Source: Gonapodya sp. JEL0774
Taxonomy: Eukaryota
Assembly (NCBI GenBank): GCA_027604505.1
Contig: JADIIX010000116.1
Span: 1 to 64,000 of the forward strand
Reading direction: 5' to 3'
Length of the DNA: 64,000 nucleotides
Shown here: positions 50,034 through 63,902 of the stretch, piece after piece
Layout: the number at the start of each line of letters is the position of its first letter
Position numbering within the stretch: position 1 is the first letter of the stretch
Made by a program: the position numbers and the translations under genes
Notes under the pieces: model-generated
What the model saw: only the letters and a program-made list of their open reading frames with translations
What the model was told of the DNA's origin: nothing
The model's database searches: none

Positions 50034-53000
50034 ATGACGAAACCATCCAAAGGAACTCCAAACGGGCCAAAATTGGTGCAAAAATCGATCAGTAGCTTCT
50101 TCACGGCAAAGCCCCCACCTGCCCAGACCCCAGCTCCGGCCTCGAAGAAATTATCGAGTTCGAAGAGGAAGCTTCTGGATGATGATTCGGACGATCCCGA
50201 TTCCGAGAACCGTGAACGTGAGTGTCAATAGTTCGGACAAAATGTTGTGATTGCTCTGTTATTGACCCATTTTCGCGGTGATGGGTCCCCGAATCAATTC
50301 GCTACCTTCCGTTTTGTGAGACAGTCTCCTCATCCGAACCCTCTGCACCTCCCCGACCCACCAATCCAACTCCCAAACGCGCAAAGGTGCGCAACTTGCC
50401 TACTTTTTTCTCATCTTTTAGTTTGAGCTGGACATGGCAAGCGATTTGGAGCTGACACGGACATACTCCATAACCTCTTCCCCTCTCCCATCATACTACC
50501 CCCAGACACACGACCAATTCGATTCAGAACTTGCTCGGTCATTCGGATGGTCGCCGGTCAAAAAAGGAAGCGATGTGGCTTTATCCCACGACTCAATGAC
50601 GGAACACGATCTCACCAGCGAATGCACCACCAACAACGACACCAGCAAGGACACCACCACCGACGAAATACACATGGACCTCGACTCCACCCGACCCGAT
50701 CCTCCCGTCGCCTCACCCGCAAAGTCTGCACCCCCACCCACACCCACCAAACCGCCAATCGTGAAAACCGCCAAAGCTCGCTTGGAATGGGCAAAACGAC
50801 TCGACCTTTCGTTCCAATCGCGCTCCCCCTCTGCAGACCCCACGGCCACTTCTTCAGATCTCATGGATCTCGATGGTGACAGCGATGGTGATGAAGCAGG
50901 GTACTCGTCCAAGACCAAGGGCAAACAGCCCGCCAAGAAAAAGCCCAGTGGTTCAAAGTACACCCCCTTGGAGGAGCAGTTCGTTGAGCTGAGAAAAAAG
51001 CACCCGGACGTGCTGCTCATCATTGAAGTCGGCTATAAGTTCCGATTCTTTGATGAGGATGCCAGGGTGAGTGATGACTGCCCCCAAACCACACTCGAGT
51101 TCTATTGCCGCAAAATTACCAACCATCATCTTCCTGCCCCCGCCGACCGCCCATCGTTGGCTTATCACCACCGCTCCCCAGACCGCCTCTAAACACCTGG
51201 GTATCGTCGCCTACTTGGACCACAACTTCCTCACGTGTTCCATCCCAACCCACCGACTTCCCGTACACGTCAAGAAGCTCGTACATGCCGGATACAAGGT
51301 CGGAGTTGTCAGACAGATGTAGGTACCTCGAACAGGAGTGTGTTGGTGTGGGTCCCGCATGGACGAGGCCACAGGTCATTCTTCGCATCCCACACCACAC
51401 AACTCCAGGGAGACCGCCGCGTTGAAAAAAGCCGGGGACAACCGCAACACCCCCTTTGTTCGCAAACTCACCAACCTCTACACAACATCAACCCTCGTCG
51501 ATGACCTCGGACTCTCAGAACTCAACCCCTCTGCAGAAACCGCCGATGCCGGAGTCGACTTGCAACCCGTGGCAGGGTTCTTGGTGTGTCTGTGTGAAGA
51601 CACCGCCAGCGCGGCGGCGGCGGGCAAAGGTACCGCCAGTGGGGTTTTGGACAGGGAGAAGGTCAAGGTTGGAATCGTTGGGGTGCAACTCGCAACAGGG
51701 GATGTGGTATTTGACGAGTTTGAAGATAATGGAGTTCGAAGTAAGTCGTTGATGTGCATGTAGTGCACTCGCTCTAAAGACCACCACACGCACTAACTAC
51801 CCTCTTCGATAAGACGAACTCTCAACTCGGCTCTTACACCTCCAACCCGCTGAGATTCTCCTCCCCTCAGACCCTCTCACGGACGCCACCGAGAAACTCG
51901 TCAAGGACTACGCCAAGCGGTCGATCGCTGTAAATGGCGGTGAGGACGCGTCACGGGTTGAGCGTTTGAAGGACCCAGTGTGGAGACGAAATAGGTGCGT
52001 ATGGTGTTGTGCGGGCACGTGAAAGTTGACCAGTGTATCGGAGGCCACCATTCCTGAAATGTGCTGTAATCAACAGGGCCAAGGATTATCTGGCTCAGTT
52101 CTACACATCCTCCGACACCTCTTCACCCACTTCGACTCTCCTCATGGGGGCTGCCAGCTCTCTCCCCGACACCGTGCTGATTTGTCTGGCCGCGCTCCTC
52201 CGTTATCTGGAGGACTTCGGTCTCCGTCACGTTTTCAAGACTACCGAAAGTTTCCGCAAGTTTACAGAACGAGTTGAGATTTGTCTAAACGCAAACACAC
52301 TTCACAATCTAGAGGTGGGCGTTGCTATAAAAAAGTATTCCTTAATATGATTTGGTGAGATTCAATGCTGCAAATGTGATTCCCCACAGATATTTAGGAC
52401 ACAAGAGGGAACGGAGAAGGGTTCCTTGTTTTCACTCATGGATAATACCGTCACGGGGTTTGGAAAACGTATGCTCCGCAAGTGGGTGGGAAAGCCTCTC
52501 AAAGACAAGACGTGAGTTTGCATCCTCGAGACTGTTCGAGTGGTCATTTAAGCCTTGTGGACCGGTCAACTCATTCTCAATGGGGACGTGACTCAAAAGC
52601 GCTTTGCAATTGCGAATCGATGCTGTGGAAGAACTGGTCAGTGGAGAGTTTGGCTCCAGCGATTTTGTCTGCGGTATCGTTGTCGCCCTTAAAAGGGCTC
52701 CAGACCTAGAACGCGGGGTCGCACGAATACAATACGGCCGTGTGAGTGGAATCCCCAGAAATTCACTCTCGCAGACACTGGACTTAACTGTGTGGTTGTA
52801 CGTACAGTGCTCGCCTGCCGAGTTGTTCGCCACGCTCGTCTCATTTCAAACCCTCGCCGAGGAATTCAGCCCTTCAGATGGCAATGCCGGTTCTGTCTAC
52901 TCACCACTCATCAGAGGTATACTGGACACTGTGCCAAAAATTGCGGGAGTGGTGGAACCTTTTCTCGATGACATTGTTGGAAAGGCTGCTTTGGCCAATA

Positions 53001-54798
53001 ATAAGGAGGATTTATTTAAGGAGGGCGGTGAAAGAGAAGAGAGATGGACAGCGGTGAAGGCCGAGAAAGATGTGAGTTGGAATGAAACTAACCAGCAGCA
53101 GTCGTATTTGCTCTCTCGCTGATGGCCGGAACAAACACCAGTCGATATCGATGGTTGAATTTGAGCTTGATGAACACCTGAAAGAGATCAAGAAGAAGCT
53201 GAAGCGACCAGATCTGCAATACGTAACCGTGTCGCAAATTGATGTCAGTTGAGTTGTGAAAGCTTCGGTCTTGTATGTACGCAGAATTTACATTGTGTTC
53301 CTCCATGGCAGTACCTCATTGAAATTCGAAATAACCTGCTTTCGTCGGTGCCGTCTTCGTGGATCAAATTAAGTTCAACGAAAAGTGTCTCCCGGTTTCA
53401 TACTCCCTTCATTGTCGAGAAGATGCAGGAGCGTGAGCGGCACAAAGAACTCTTGAAGGCAGAAGCAGACAAGGCATACAAGGGGTTCCTCGAAGACATA
53501 GCCTCCGTTGGTGGTGAAATGCGTACCTGTGTTGAGAAGATTGGGACGTTCGATTGCTTAGTCAGTCTAGGTAAGTTGAGAACTAAGCAGATAATTTTCC
53601 CGGATCTTAATCGTCGGACCTTCTTTTTCTCGATTTAGCGACTGTTGCTCAGCAAACTGGTTACACGAAACCAGAATTTGTGGATGCAGCTGTGATCGAG
53701 GTCGTGCAAGGTCGACATCCGATGGTATGGTTATTGTCCGAGACCACACGAAACATTTTATTGTGTGGAACCTTTGCTTCTCAGGTGGAGGCGGTTGTAT
53801 CGAACTACGTGCCAAACGACATTCATCTCACAGGCGAGGAGCGCTGTCTCGTTGTGACTGGTCCCAACATGGGCGTGAGTCGATCAAATCTCCGATGAAA
53901 TCTGGAACGAGTGAAAGCACATCTGATGTGATCCGTAATAAAGGGGAAATCTTGTTACATCCGGGAGGTAGCCCTGATTTCCATCATGGCGCAGATTGTG
54001 AGATTGCTACAACACGCGTTTCCTCCTGAGTAAAGTTGCTCAGTTCCTTTACAACAGGGCTCTTATGTACCTGCAGAGTCCGCAAGGCTTGGACTGGTAG
54101 ATGCTATTTTCACCAGGATGGGCGCTTCAGGTACGCTCAACTGGTGATGCCCATGTGAAAATGGGTGTCTTATCAGCATTGTCCTCTTTCAGACAATATT
54201 CAAAAGGGACAATCGACCTTCATGACGGAACTAGTGGAGACTTCGGAAATCCTTCAACTCGCGACTGAACGATCCCTCGTAATTCTAGATGAGTTGGGAA
54301 GGGGCACAGTGAGTCCAAAAACACCTGATGATTTTTTCGAAATCAATTCATAGCTGATTTCTCGTCCCCTCTCTGTTGCATTAGTCAACACACGACGGAC
54401 AAGCAATTGCCATCGCAACGTTATCGCACCTTGTCCTGAGTGTGCGGAGCCTAACCTTGTTTGTCACACATTACCCCTCAGTGGGTTCTCTTGAGAAACA
54501 GCACCCCCGTATTGTACGCAATGCCCACATGGGATACCTTGAAGCAGAAAACGAAGAGGTGGTCTTCTTATACAAGTTAACTCCAGGTCTAGCTCACAGG
54601 TCCTATGGACTAAATGTGGCTCGCCTGGCTGGTTTACCCAAATCTGTCTTAGAAAGTGCCGAAAAGATGTCAAGTGAGATGGAACACGACGTTGAAGGAA
54701 GGAAAGCCATCGTGTTGTGCAAAGCATTTGCAAAATTGCTTTGTGGGGGTCAGTGCACCCAAGAAGTTTTGGAGAGACTAAGATCAATGATTTCGTAG
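50034..54798 (+). CDS. MSH3: DNA mismatch repair protein MSH3
   Basis: PIP box [119 protein letters not shown]. Confidence 0.96.
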
Positions 54799-54886
54799 GG
54801 AATCAATCATATATGCCTAAAAATTATGGACAAAATTGCAATTGTAGTATTATATTCCAGTAATTGATCGTTCAGTCCCCGAAATG

Positions 54887-57053
54887 TCATGTTCCGCCTG
54901 CCGATCCAGTTGCTGTGCTATGACTTTCATCGGTGCGATTATCCGTCTGAGCTTCGTGATACATTTGCCCGTTGCCTCTGTTGATGGAGTGTCTGTCTTG
55001 AATCGATGATTCTGTTCCACTCGTGGGGGCTGTGTCGTCGATGGATGCCAAACCGCGGGCCGTGTTGGAGCTACCGGCGGATACGGTCCGATGCGTTTGG
55101 ATCTCCTGGCGAGCAGACAAGCTGTGTTCGGCATGAGAAGATGACTCGACGGCAGCACGTGTTTCAGCCGGTCCCGGAGAGATTTGGTTTGGTTCTGTGC
55201 ATCAAATTCATAAAGTTACTGTTGCGTCTAGCCGATAAGCACCAAATCAAATTGTTCACCATTGACCCGCGGCTTCTTCAACGGCCGCTGATCGTCGACA
55301 CGTTGTCCAGTGGGATTTTCGCCATGGCTTTGCAAGCCTTCACCACTTGCACCCCCCAAGTTCATATTACTGTTTTCTTGTGAGTCTCTTCGGCGCTTTT
55401 TTTGGTGCAGGACCTGATACAATAGTTCAGTCAGCTCACTGGGTTTGCACAAATGGACAGCGACACATCATTGACTCACACTAAATTTTTTTAGCTCAGC
55501 ATTGATGCGCTCTTCACATCTTCGGGTATAGGCTTCGAGGGAAGCATCAAGAGAACTGTAAAGCGGTACGAACAAATGCGTTCGGAAAAAATCGAAAGCC
55601 ACGAGATTTGTTCCACTCACCTTAGACTGGAAGCAATAACATTCTCGTTGTATTTCTGTAAGGTGTCCCAGTTGTCCTCGTCATGGGGTACTTTTATCAC
55701 TCCTCGTAAACGTTCTTCAACTTCGTCTACTTTCTCGGTTAAGGCGTAAGTATCTGTGTCCAGCTTTTGCTGCAAACTTCGGAGCAAGGAGTTTGTCTCA
55801 TTGAGCGCATCTTTGAACTTCTTTCCCTCAACTTCAAACATCTCTCTTGTGTAAGATTTGACTTCGTCCCGAGCCGACTTTCCGATCTTACGCAGCTCTT
55901 CGACCCCTGCCTTCACATCGTTCTGCTCCCTTGACAGCCGTGAGAGAGAATCTTCTGCGTGAACAATCTTTGTGCTGAATCCTTGCTGCTTGCTTTCAAG
56001 ACTCTCATACTTCTCGTTCAATTTCGAGAGTGCCATCAATTTCGATTCTAATTTCTCCGCAGTAGAGGCAAGACTCTTCAACTTTTCCACATGGGTTGGA
56101 ATCTCAGTCACTCTACTTTCCAGTTCTGTCAGTTTTTTCTGGAGCGAATCAACATTGGACCGTAAGTGAGTTTGCTGTGACTGATTGGCCTGTTGTAAAT
56201 CTTTGACGGACTTCTCAAGTCTCTGAATAGTCTCTTGTTGCTTAGCGAGTGCCGCAAAAATATCTGACTTGTCCCTATCCTTTCCCGCATCGACAACCTT
56301 ATTCATCCCACCAAACAGCTGGCTGATAGCTGAAACTGCATCCAGGATAGTCATCTTATTGTCTCGTAAATGCTTGGCGAATTGGTGAGATCGTTGCCCG
56401 ACCACATCCTCGAGGTCAAGAGCCAGTGTCCCGAGGTCCATTTTCCGTTGCTGCAAGGATCTCATGTCCTTCTGACTTATCATCAAGTCCAGCCCATCCT
56501 GAAACTTTCGAATATCATCCTGCACATGCAACAAATCCTTTCGCACAGCACTCTCCAGGTCCTCCTTAGTCACCAAGCGAGCCGCATTCGCTGACAGAGT
56601 GCTGACAATTTTTGCATCCAAAATCTCACTGAGATCGCTCAGCTTCCCGCGGCGGAGAGTGTCCATGCGAGATTCTAGTTGTTGGATTATTGTACCTGGC
56701 GAGATTCCTCAATGGTCAAGTCTGACACAACACAAGTAATTCCAAAAGACATGGCCAATATAAGAAATCTACTTACTGTAGCGATCCTTGGCCTTTCGAT
56801 TGCAGGAGAGCAGTGAAATCGGATTGATTCATGATGGGAAGTTCGGTGTTCACAAAGTGAAGATCCAAGCGGAATCCTTCCCGGGCGGAGATTCGGCGAG
56901 GCAACTCACCGGATTCCCTTCAAGGGAGGCTACCATTTCCTTCATCGCAATCATTTGCCTCCGTTGCGAGTCCAAACGAACGTACTCCGTCCATGACGTT
57001 TGAGCCGCGAGCAATCGCTCCAAGAAGGCGTCCGGGGGGGCAGCAGGGGGCAT
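54887..57053 (-). CDS. Hypothetical coiled-coil protein; multi-exon, with NLS-like motifs
   Basis: A 349 aa heptad-rich exon (55617-56666) is flanked by exons that splice in frame. KKRRR and KKPR lie near the C-terminus. Confidence 0.55.
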
Positions 57054-57206
57054 TGCCACTTAAAGCAATGGTTTGAACCTTTGTGAAGCCGCCGAGAAAT
57101 AATACTGGGGCAGAATTGTTTTGTAACAAGGAATGACGACTTTGGGTGAGAGAACACAGGGCGTGGGACTGACAGACTCGGATAGCACATAATCATCAAA
57201 AATTAT

Positions 57207-60200
57207 TCAGGGAAGCTCTGCTGCCACTAATTTTAAAATTTCTCCAGTAGTCCGTCCAAAGTTCTTTAAGTTCTTTGATACGACCTGCCACACTTCCCCA
57301 TGCTTCGGTTCTGCCAACGCACACCTCTCCAAGACCTCCTCGGCCATCCCTGCATTACTCTCGCCCTTCTCATTCACAGCCGTTTTTCCCGTTCGCAATT
57401 CAAAGCGATACCAAAAGGCCCACCCATCTCCCCAGTCAGGATCGATCTTAACGGCTCGAGAATACCATGTTCGAGCCTTCTCCACCTTTCGTTCAGTCTC
57501 GAACAGCTCTGCTACCGCCGCTACTATTCTGGGATCATTCTCTAGCCGCTTGAGCGCGTCCGTGCTCTTCGATTTCTTTTGTGGTCGTGGGGCGTCCCGA
57601 ATTTCCAGCCGCCAGAGGATGCCGGATGTGGGACATTCCTGGAGGGCTTTCGCGCGCAGTGTTGCCCGCATCGTGGACCCAACCGGCTCGTTTTCCACTG
57701 CGGCTGCCCACAAAACGTCACTTTTTGGCACCATCAGACGCGCACGTTCGAGAACCGCGCGTGCTCGAATCGGCTGTTGAGCCTTCACGCGCTCCAGATT
57801 CGCCGAGTGGAGCCACAGAGGAATGGACTTGGAGCAAGATTTGAGACCCTTGTTGTAGGTTTCTCTAGCTGCAGCCACATTGCCCATTTCCATCTCCTCG
57901 ATTTGTCCTTTGATAAGCCACAGCTTATCAAACGCAGGCCACTTCTCAAGGGCCTTATCCAGTAGCTCCAATGCCTTCTGAGGCTCGCCAATCCTCCTCT
58001 CAAATACAGCAGCCTTCATCCACACCCTCTGGGCACCAGCCTCTGTCATGGCTTGCCCAAAGAGCGCACGAGCCCGATCTACATCCCCGCTTTCCGATTC
58101 AAGCCGTACGGCTTCGAGCCATATCTCCTCAGAAGAGGAGTTGGACCGGAGCGCGTCGGCAAGCAGCCCGCGCGCACCGTCCATGTCCCCGGCTGCCCAC
58201 TTTTCCCGAGCACCCATGAGCCACAGAACCTCGGCCTGTGGACAGTATCGAACAGCGCGTTGTAAAATCTCTTCGAGGCTCTCTTTTGTGCCGTGTTGCT
58301 TCTCCAGGAGCGCCGCCTTGTGCCACAGGTTCTTGCGAGTCGGATGGCTCTTTACAGCATGGGCGTAGATGGCTCGCGCAGTCTGCACCGCTCCTTGCGC
58401 CACGGCCCTGTCTGCGTCTTCGGTCCAAATCTTGCGCGAGTCTTCTTCCTCCAACCCGAGGTCCATCGTCGCCCTGACAATGGTCTGGCAGGTCACCACG
58501 TTCCCTTCCTTCTCGCATCGTTCCGCTTCCCGAAGCCACTGCTCCCGATCGAGCACACTGCCAGTCTTTGACAAATTATCCACAGCACGATTGATGATGC
58601 GCTCCACCATCTTTTCGTTCCCCTGAGTCTCTTCCAGTGTCGCCGCAGTGATCCAGATCTCGTGCGAGGTGGGCACGGCCTTGCGAGCGTTGTTGAGAAC
58701 TACTTTCGCCTGCTCGTAGTTCTCAAGGCGGGCCAAGGCCAACCACAAATCCACCGACAATGGTACACATTCGACCGCTCGACTGAGCAAGATCCGTGCG
58801 TCGTCGGGGTCGCTCTCCAGGGACACAGCGGATTTCCAAAGTGAAACTGAGTTGGGAATGTACTCGAGAGCGCGACGTATGACACGCTTTTTGAGCTTCG
58901 AGTCCGTTTCCAAATCCAGAGCCCTGAGCCAGATGCGCACGGACTGCGGTAAGTGGCGAACTGCCTGAGCCAATATGACCTTGGCATTTTCCGGTGTATT
59001 GAGTCGAGCAGACTCGAGCCAGACATCTTCGGATTTTGGGCACTCTTCGCAACCCTTTGCGATCACCTCGCGGGCTTGGACGAGCTTCCCCATGACCTCC
59101 TCCAACCTCGCCGCGGCGATCCACCCAGGGGGGTGTTTGGGATTGGTGAGCGTGACGGATCGTAGGAGTTGTCGTGCCTTTTTGTAGTCGGAGACGTCGG
59201 CGGAGGATTTGATGTTGATGGAGGAGAGATCGGTGAGGTAGCCCTTTGGGTCCACCGTGGTTTGTCCCGAGACCGAGTCCGACACTTGGTCGAGCTTGAG
59301 TCCGAGAACGGTCCCCCGAGCTTGCCCAAACTTGACAAAGTCGGTCAGCGTGCCGTCGGTGCCGGGGACGGCCGAGTCGAACCCGCCATTGACCTGCTGC
59401 TGCGGATCCAACGCGCTGTTGAACCCCGTGTTCTCGTGAGCCCGCATGATCACAGAGTCTGGGACGGGCATGAACCGCTCCTTCATGTTGCCCGTTTGCT
59501 TCTTGGTCCCTCCCTTTCGCCGGGACAGGTCCCCCACGTCGGGTATGGCGGCCCAGTCGTCCTCGGACAAGGTCCCCAAGCTGCGCTTGATGTCCGAGAA
59601 CTGCGCCTGAATCTTTGGCGCTGCGGCTTTCGCGATTTCCATCTCCTCCCTTTCCCGAGCCTCCCGACGCACCTTGCGCCGTTCGTCCATCTTCTTCTCC
59701 ACCGCGTCCCAGATCCGGTCCGCCTCCTCGTCGTCCGCTTCGTACGGTAAACCCGCGAACAAGCCCGTCTCATTCTCCGGATCCTGGAACCGCTCGGCGT
59801 TCCCATCGTCCCCCCCGCCGCCGGGCGCGGCGCCCCCCCGCCCCGCGGGGGGGGCGGCGGGGCGGCCGGGGCGCGGGGGGGCGCCCGGCGGCNNNNNNNN
59901 NNCCCCCCCTCCTCCTCCCTCGCCCCCCCCACCCCCGTCGTCCCCCCCACCCCCCCCACCGTCGTCCCCCCTGCCCGCACCACCACCACCCTCGCCACGA
60001 CCCCGCCCCCGCCCCCGCCCACGACCGCGCCCGGCTCCGTCGCCGTCCTCGAATGCGACGGTTTCTCGGGCCGGACCGAGGTCGGACCGTGTGGTGAACC
60101 CAGACGCTCCGCGACCGAGACCGGCGACGTAGCCTGGTGGTGCCTCGCGTTGGAGAAAGTCCTGTAGTAGGAAAAAAGAGGGGGGGCGGAGGGGGGGCGG

Positions 60201-60323
60201 GGGGGAAAGGGGGATTGTGGTTGGTTGGAGAGAGCTTGTGTCCAAAAGGGACGATTCACAGTGAATGGCGGCAATGGGTACCTTGTAAACGACGAAATTC
60301 CCAAAGATGGACTGCTGAGCCAT
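57207..60323 (-). CDS. PRP6: Pre-mRNA splicing factor PRP6 (U5 snRNP); spans an assembly gap at 59893-59902
   Basis: [77 protein letters not shown]; many HAT repeats; [12 protein letters not shown]. Confidence 0.97.
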   Translation of the reverse strand: MAQQSIFGNFVVYKVPIAAIHCESSLLDTSSLQPTTIPLSPPPPLRPPSFFLLQDFLQREAPPGYVAGLGRGASGFTTRSDLGPARETVAFEDGDGAGRGRGRGRGRGRGEGGGGAGRGDDGGGGGGDDGGGGGEGGGGGXXXXPPGAPPRPGRPAAPPAGRGGAAPGGGGDDGNAERFQDPENETGLFAGLPYEADDEEADRIWDAVEKKMDERRKVRREAREREEMEIAKAAAPKIQAQFSDIKRSLGTLSEDDWAAIPDVGDLSRRKGGTKKQTGNMKERFMPVPDSVIMRAHENTGFNSALDPQQQVNGGFDSAVPGTDGTLTDFVKFGQARGTVLGLKLDQVSDSVSGQTTVDPKGYLTDLSSINIKSSADVSDYKKARQLLRSVTLTNPKHPPGWIAAARLEEVMGKLVQAREVIAKGCEECPKSEDVWLESARLNTPENAKVILAQAVRHLPQSVRIWLRALDLETDSKLKKRVIRRALEYIPNSVSLWKSAVSLESDPDDARILLSRAVECVPLSVDLWLALARLENYEQAKVVLNNARKAVPTSHEIWITAATLEETQGNEKMVERIINRAVDNLSKTGSVLDREQWLREAERCEKEGNVVTCQTIVRATMDLGLEEEDSRKIWTEDADRAVAQGAVQTARAIYAHAVKSHPTRKNLWHKAALLEKQHGTKESLEEILQRAVRYCPQAEVLWLMGAREKWAAGDMDGARGLLADALRSNSSSEEIWLEAVRLESESGDVDRARALFGQAMTEAGAQRVWMKAAVFERRIGEPQKALELLDKALEKWPAFDKLWLIKGQIEEMEMGNVAAARETYNKGLKSCSKSIPLWLHSANLERVKAQQPIRARAVLERARLMVPKSDVLWAAAVENEPVGSTMRATLRAKALQECPTSGILWRLEIRDAPRPQKKSKSTDALKRLENDPRIVAAVAELFETERKVEKARTWYSRAVKIDPDWGDGWAFWYRFELRTGKTAVNEKGESNAGMAEEVLERCALAEPKHGEVWQVVSKNLKNFGRTTGEILKLVAAELP

Positions 60324-60734
60324 TTCGCCTGGGGACGGGGAACAGACGCCGGATTCAAAAGAAAAGTAAATCGGTTTCTGAACAGGTTTGAGATGCTGCT
60401 GCGCTTGGGCACGAACGAACGAGGACACCACAGAAATTCCCCCAATTCAAATTCCATTCACATTCCAACATGACCAGCAAATTCCACATGGGGCAGGTGT
60501 TGTTAGTTCCACAGTTGTTGCAAGTACTAAAATATTACATCGGAATCATCATTATAAGAATAATCTCTCGTTTCACAATCGAGACCCCGAAGAGAGGAGA
60601 GGGGGGCGGGGTGTCCAAACCACACCAGAGTCCAGGAAATGCGACCCCCGTGCCATGTGCCGTGTGCCGTGTGCAGAGAAATACCATTTTACGACCACCG
60701 AACACAAAAAACCCCATTATTCCTCTCCACCGGG

Positions 60735-63291
60735 TCACCTCCTCCCCCCGACCTTAGTCTCGGCCATCCGTGCGACCCTATCGAACTGGTGGAGACCACG
60801 ACACAACGGAAACGTGTACCGGAGCGGGACGAGAGCCGGGGGAGGAGGCCGATGAGGATCGCATCGCAATCGACGGCGAACCAATCGCGACGCGACGCGA
60901 CACAACGGAAAGGTCGTGGCGGGACCAAACGTCAAACCGTCAACTCAATGAGTGCTCGAGGCCCCTCACTCCCCCGTCCCCCAGAACCACCACTCACCTC
61001 CTCGAAAAACGCCTCGCCCGCCGACCTCTTCCTTACCCCGACCCCTGCAAGAGCCCCACTCTGTGCCCGAGCGACGGGGACGGGCACGGGGACGGGGAAG
61101 GTGTGCGTGTGCGTGTGCGTGTGCGTGTGCGTGTGCGTGCCGAGCCCGACGCCCCCGCCCCGTGGGGGCGCTGGGTTTGGGAGCGACCTGGGATGGTCGT
61201 GGGCCCCTGTGGAGAGCGGTCCCTGTCCCGGTGCTTGACGGGTCGCGGATGGCGTTGGCGTGGGTGCCGGTGCCGGTGGAGGGATCTGGCCCGACGGGCG
61301 TGGGGAGGTGCAAGTGCGGCACGAGGCGGCGGGGGCGGGGGCGGGGGCGGTGGCGGTGGGGATCCGTCGCCCCAAGTTTGAAGGTGCGGGTGCGGGTGCG
61401 GGTGCGGCGGCGGCGGCGGCGGCGGCTTCGATCTGGGTCGGGTGGGGGTGGGGGTGGGGCTGGCATGAATGGGTGGGTTGGTTGGTTGGTTGTTTGGTCG
61501 TTGGTTGTGGATGTGAGCCCGAACAAGGTCGGATCGAGTCACAAAAACAAATCAAAAAAGTGAAAGTAAAAATAAAGTCCACCGGAACCAGGGGCCAGCG
61601 GCCAGCGGCCAGCGGCCCCAGTCGACGTCGAACAGGTCGGTTGAGAAGTACCACCTCCCCCACTCGCTCGCTCGCTCGCGTCCGTCCGTCCGTCGGGTGT
61701 TTTCCCCCCGTCCGTCCGAGCCCACCGCCCACCGCCCTTTTCCCCTCTCCGTGTTCATAATCGGACCCAAGCTTGACCACGTGTTCCGACCCACTTGAAC
61801 CCACACACTCCCCAGTCCCCAGTCCCCAGCGCCTCCCCCCCCCCCACCCCCCGCGACCCCGCCCACACGAAAACCCACCTCGTCCAAAAACGCCTCCACG
61901 GCCGTCCGCTTCCTCCCCGTTCCCGTCCCCGTTCCCGTCCCAGGTCCCGTCGGGGTCGGTGTCGGTCTGGGTATGGCCCGATCCGGTGGACGCGGGGGCG
62001 GGGGCGGGGGAGGGGGAGGGGGCGGGGGACGGGCAGAGAGGAGGTGGAGGTCAGGGCGGGTCGAGTGGTGGAAGGTGGAGGTGGAGGTGGAGGTGGAAGT
62101 GGACTTGACACGGGACAGGGGGGCAGCGGGAGTGGATGTGGTGGTGGTGGGTTTCATGGGAGTGGGGGTGCAGCTGGTTTTGTCGGTGCATCGGGAACGG
62201 GGGATGGCGGTTGGGGCTCTGTATGTTGTGTGGGAACAAGTGTACAAAGCCCGGAAATGAATTTGAGGAGAGGTGACATGAGCAGGTGCAAGTTCAATTT
62301 CAAACAAAACAATATTGAACAACAAGGAAAAACCCCTACCCCCGCACCCGCACCCCCGTTCCCCGGTGACATGAGCAGGTGCAAGTTCAATTTCAAACAA
62401 AGCAATTTCGAACAACAAGGAATAACCCCTGCCCCGCACGCGCACCCGCACTTGCACCAGCACCCCCGTTCCCAAGAACGAACGCACCTCAACCTCCCAG
62501 CCTTGAGGATAGCCGTGATGGGGTTGGACTTGTCCAAGCTATCCAGTGCGTGGGGTCCACCACCACCGACGTGACTCTTGGTCCTGCGCCTCTTTCCCGA
62601 GGGGTACAGGTCGAGCTGGTGGACGTCGTCGATCTGGACGACGGTGTTTTGAGCCCTGGATCGGGCGAGGGAGGCGTACATGGCCTCGAGTTTCTTTGAG
62701 GTGGAGAGCTTCTTGGACTCGAGGAGGTGTTTGGAGTGGAAGTAGAGGGAGCGCCAGTCTGTGGGGGTGGTGGGCGGGGTGGGCGAGTGGTGGGAGGAGA
62801 GGGCGGCAGAGGCGGCGAGGGGGAAGTCGCGGAGGCAGTGGGATTTCCAGAGGTCGGAGGTGCGGATGTCGGCTTCGAATTGCTGGGGTGTGTGTGTGGG
62901 GTGTGGTGGTGATGGAGGGGAGGGGGGGATGAGGGAGAGTGGATACATTGGGAACAGTAGGAAATAATTAGGAAGGGGGAGCACAACAAAAGAGAGAGAA
63001 AAAGAGGGTGGGGTGGGGTGGTAGGGAAGGGAGGAAAGGGGGGCCAAGCCGATCGAGGACAAGGAAACGTACTGGATTGTGCTGCTCTATTCTTTGCAAG
63101 TTTTCAGGAGAGCAGGCCATGAGGACAGGTTTGAGAAGGAGAAAGGGAGCGTCGCCGACATGGTTTATTGAATTAGCACAGGAGCGGAGAGCGGCCTGGC
63201 AGAGAGAGACGAGAGAGGGGACGAGGGAGACCGTGGGTGGAGGGTGGGAAGGGGATGGGGAAGGGGAAGGGGAAGGGGGGTTGGAGGTCAT
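60735..63291 (-). CDS. ELA1: Elongin A (Ela1)-like protein; 3' exons low-complexity and uncertain
   Basis: BC-box/F-box VPSLVSLCQAAL....I.HVGDAPFLLLKPVL..CSPENLQRIEQHNP; DLWKSHCLRDF; DWRSLY. Confidence 0.8.
61101..61140. repeat. (GTGTGC)n hexamer microsatellite; encodes (HT)n if inside the ELA1 exon
   Basis: About 6.5 copies seen directly. Confidence 0.85.
62272..62472. repeat. Imperfect tandem duplication with 93-bp period in an ELA1 intron
   Basis: ggtgacatgagcaggtgcaagttcaatttcaaacaaa..caat...gaacaacaagg starts at 62272 and again at 62365. Confidence 0.85.
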
Positions 63292-63620
63292 TGGGAGACA
63301 GAGGGACCAATGGGGTGATGGGGTGGCAGATGCAGAGTGAGGGAGGGGGAGAGGGGGAGGGGGGAGAGGGAGAGCGGAGGGTGCGGATGAACACTTGACC
63401 CGCTGTGCTGTGGTCGCCTGTGCTGTGGTCGCCTCTCGTCCCACTCACCACTCACACTCCACTCCACTCCACTCCCCACTCCCCACTCCCTCACTCCATC
63501 CCCTCCATCACCTCACCCCCCATACACCCCCCCCCCCGTTAACCCCCCGCCCCCCCCGGGCCCCCGGCGCCGCGCCCGCGACCGCCACAGGGGGGGAGAC
63601 ACCCCGACACNNNNNNNNNN

Positions 63621-63902
63621 CCTCAAACCCCCAATCCTGGACCCGACCCCCCCCTCCCCCCCCCCCCCTCCCCGCAACTCCAACACCAAAAACCAACCGT
63701 CATCATCGTCATCGGAATGGCGGGCTCCGGAAAAACTTCCTTCATTCAACGCCTCTGTGCTCACTTGAACGCGAATCGTGATCCCTCTGCTCAATCGTCC
63801 AATTTTTACGCCATAAACCTCGACCCTGCAGTTCCCAACGTGCCCTTTCCTGCAAATATAGACATTAGGGATACCGTCAATTACAAGGAAGTCATGAAAC
63901 AG
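63621..63902 (+). CDS. GPN1: GPN-loop GTPase 1 (GPN1/Npa3), partial; start lies at or before the gap and the gene continues past the window
   Basis: [21 protein letters not shown]...[31 protein letters not shown], then a GTGAGT donor. Confidence 0.92.

Noticed and set aside
59815..59960. Apparent Gly/Pro/Arg-rich insertion in PRP6 around the gap at 59893-59902
   Set aside because: It abuts an assembly gap and is near-pure G/C, so the exact sequence and frame are unreliable.
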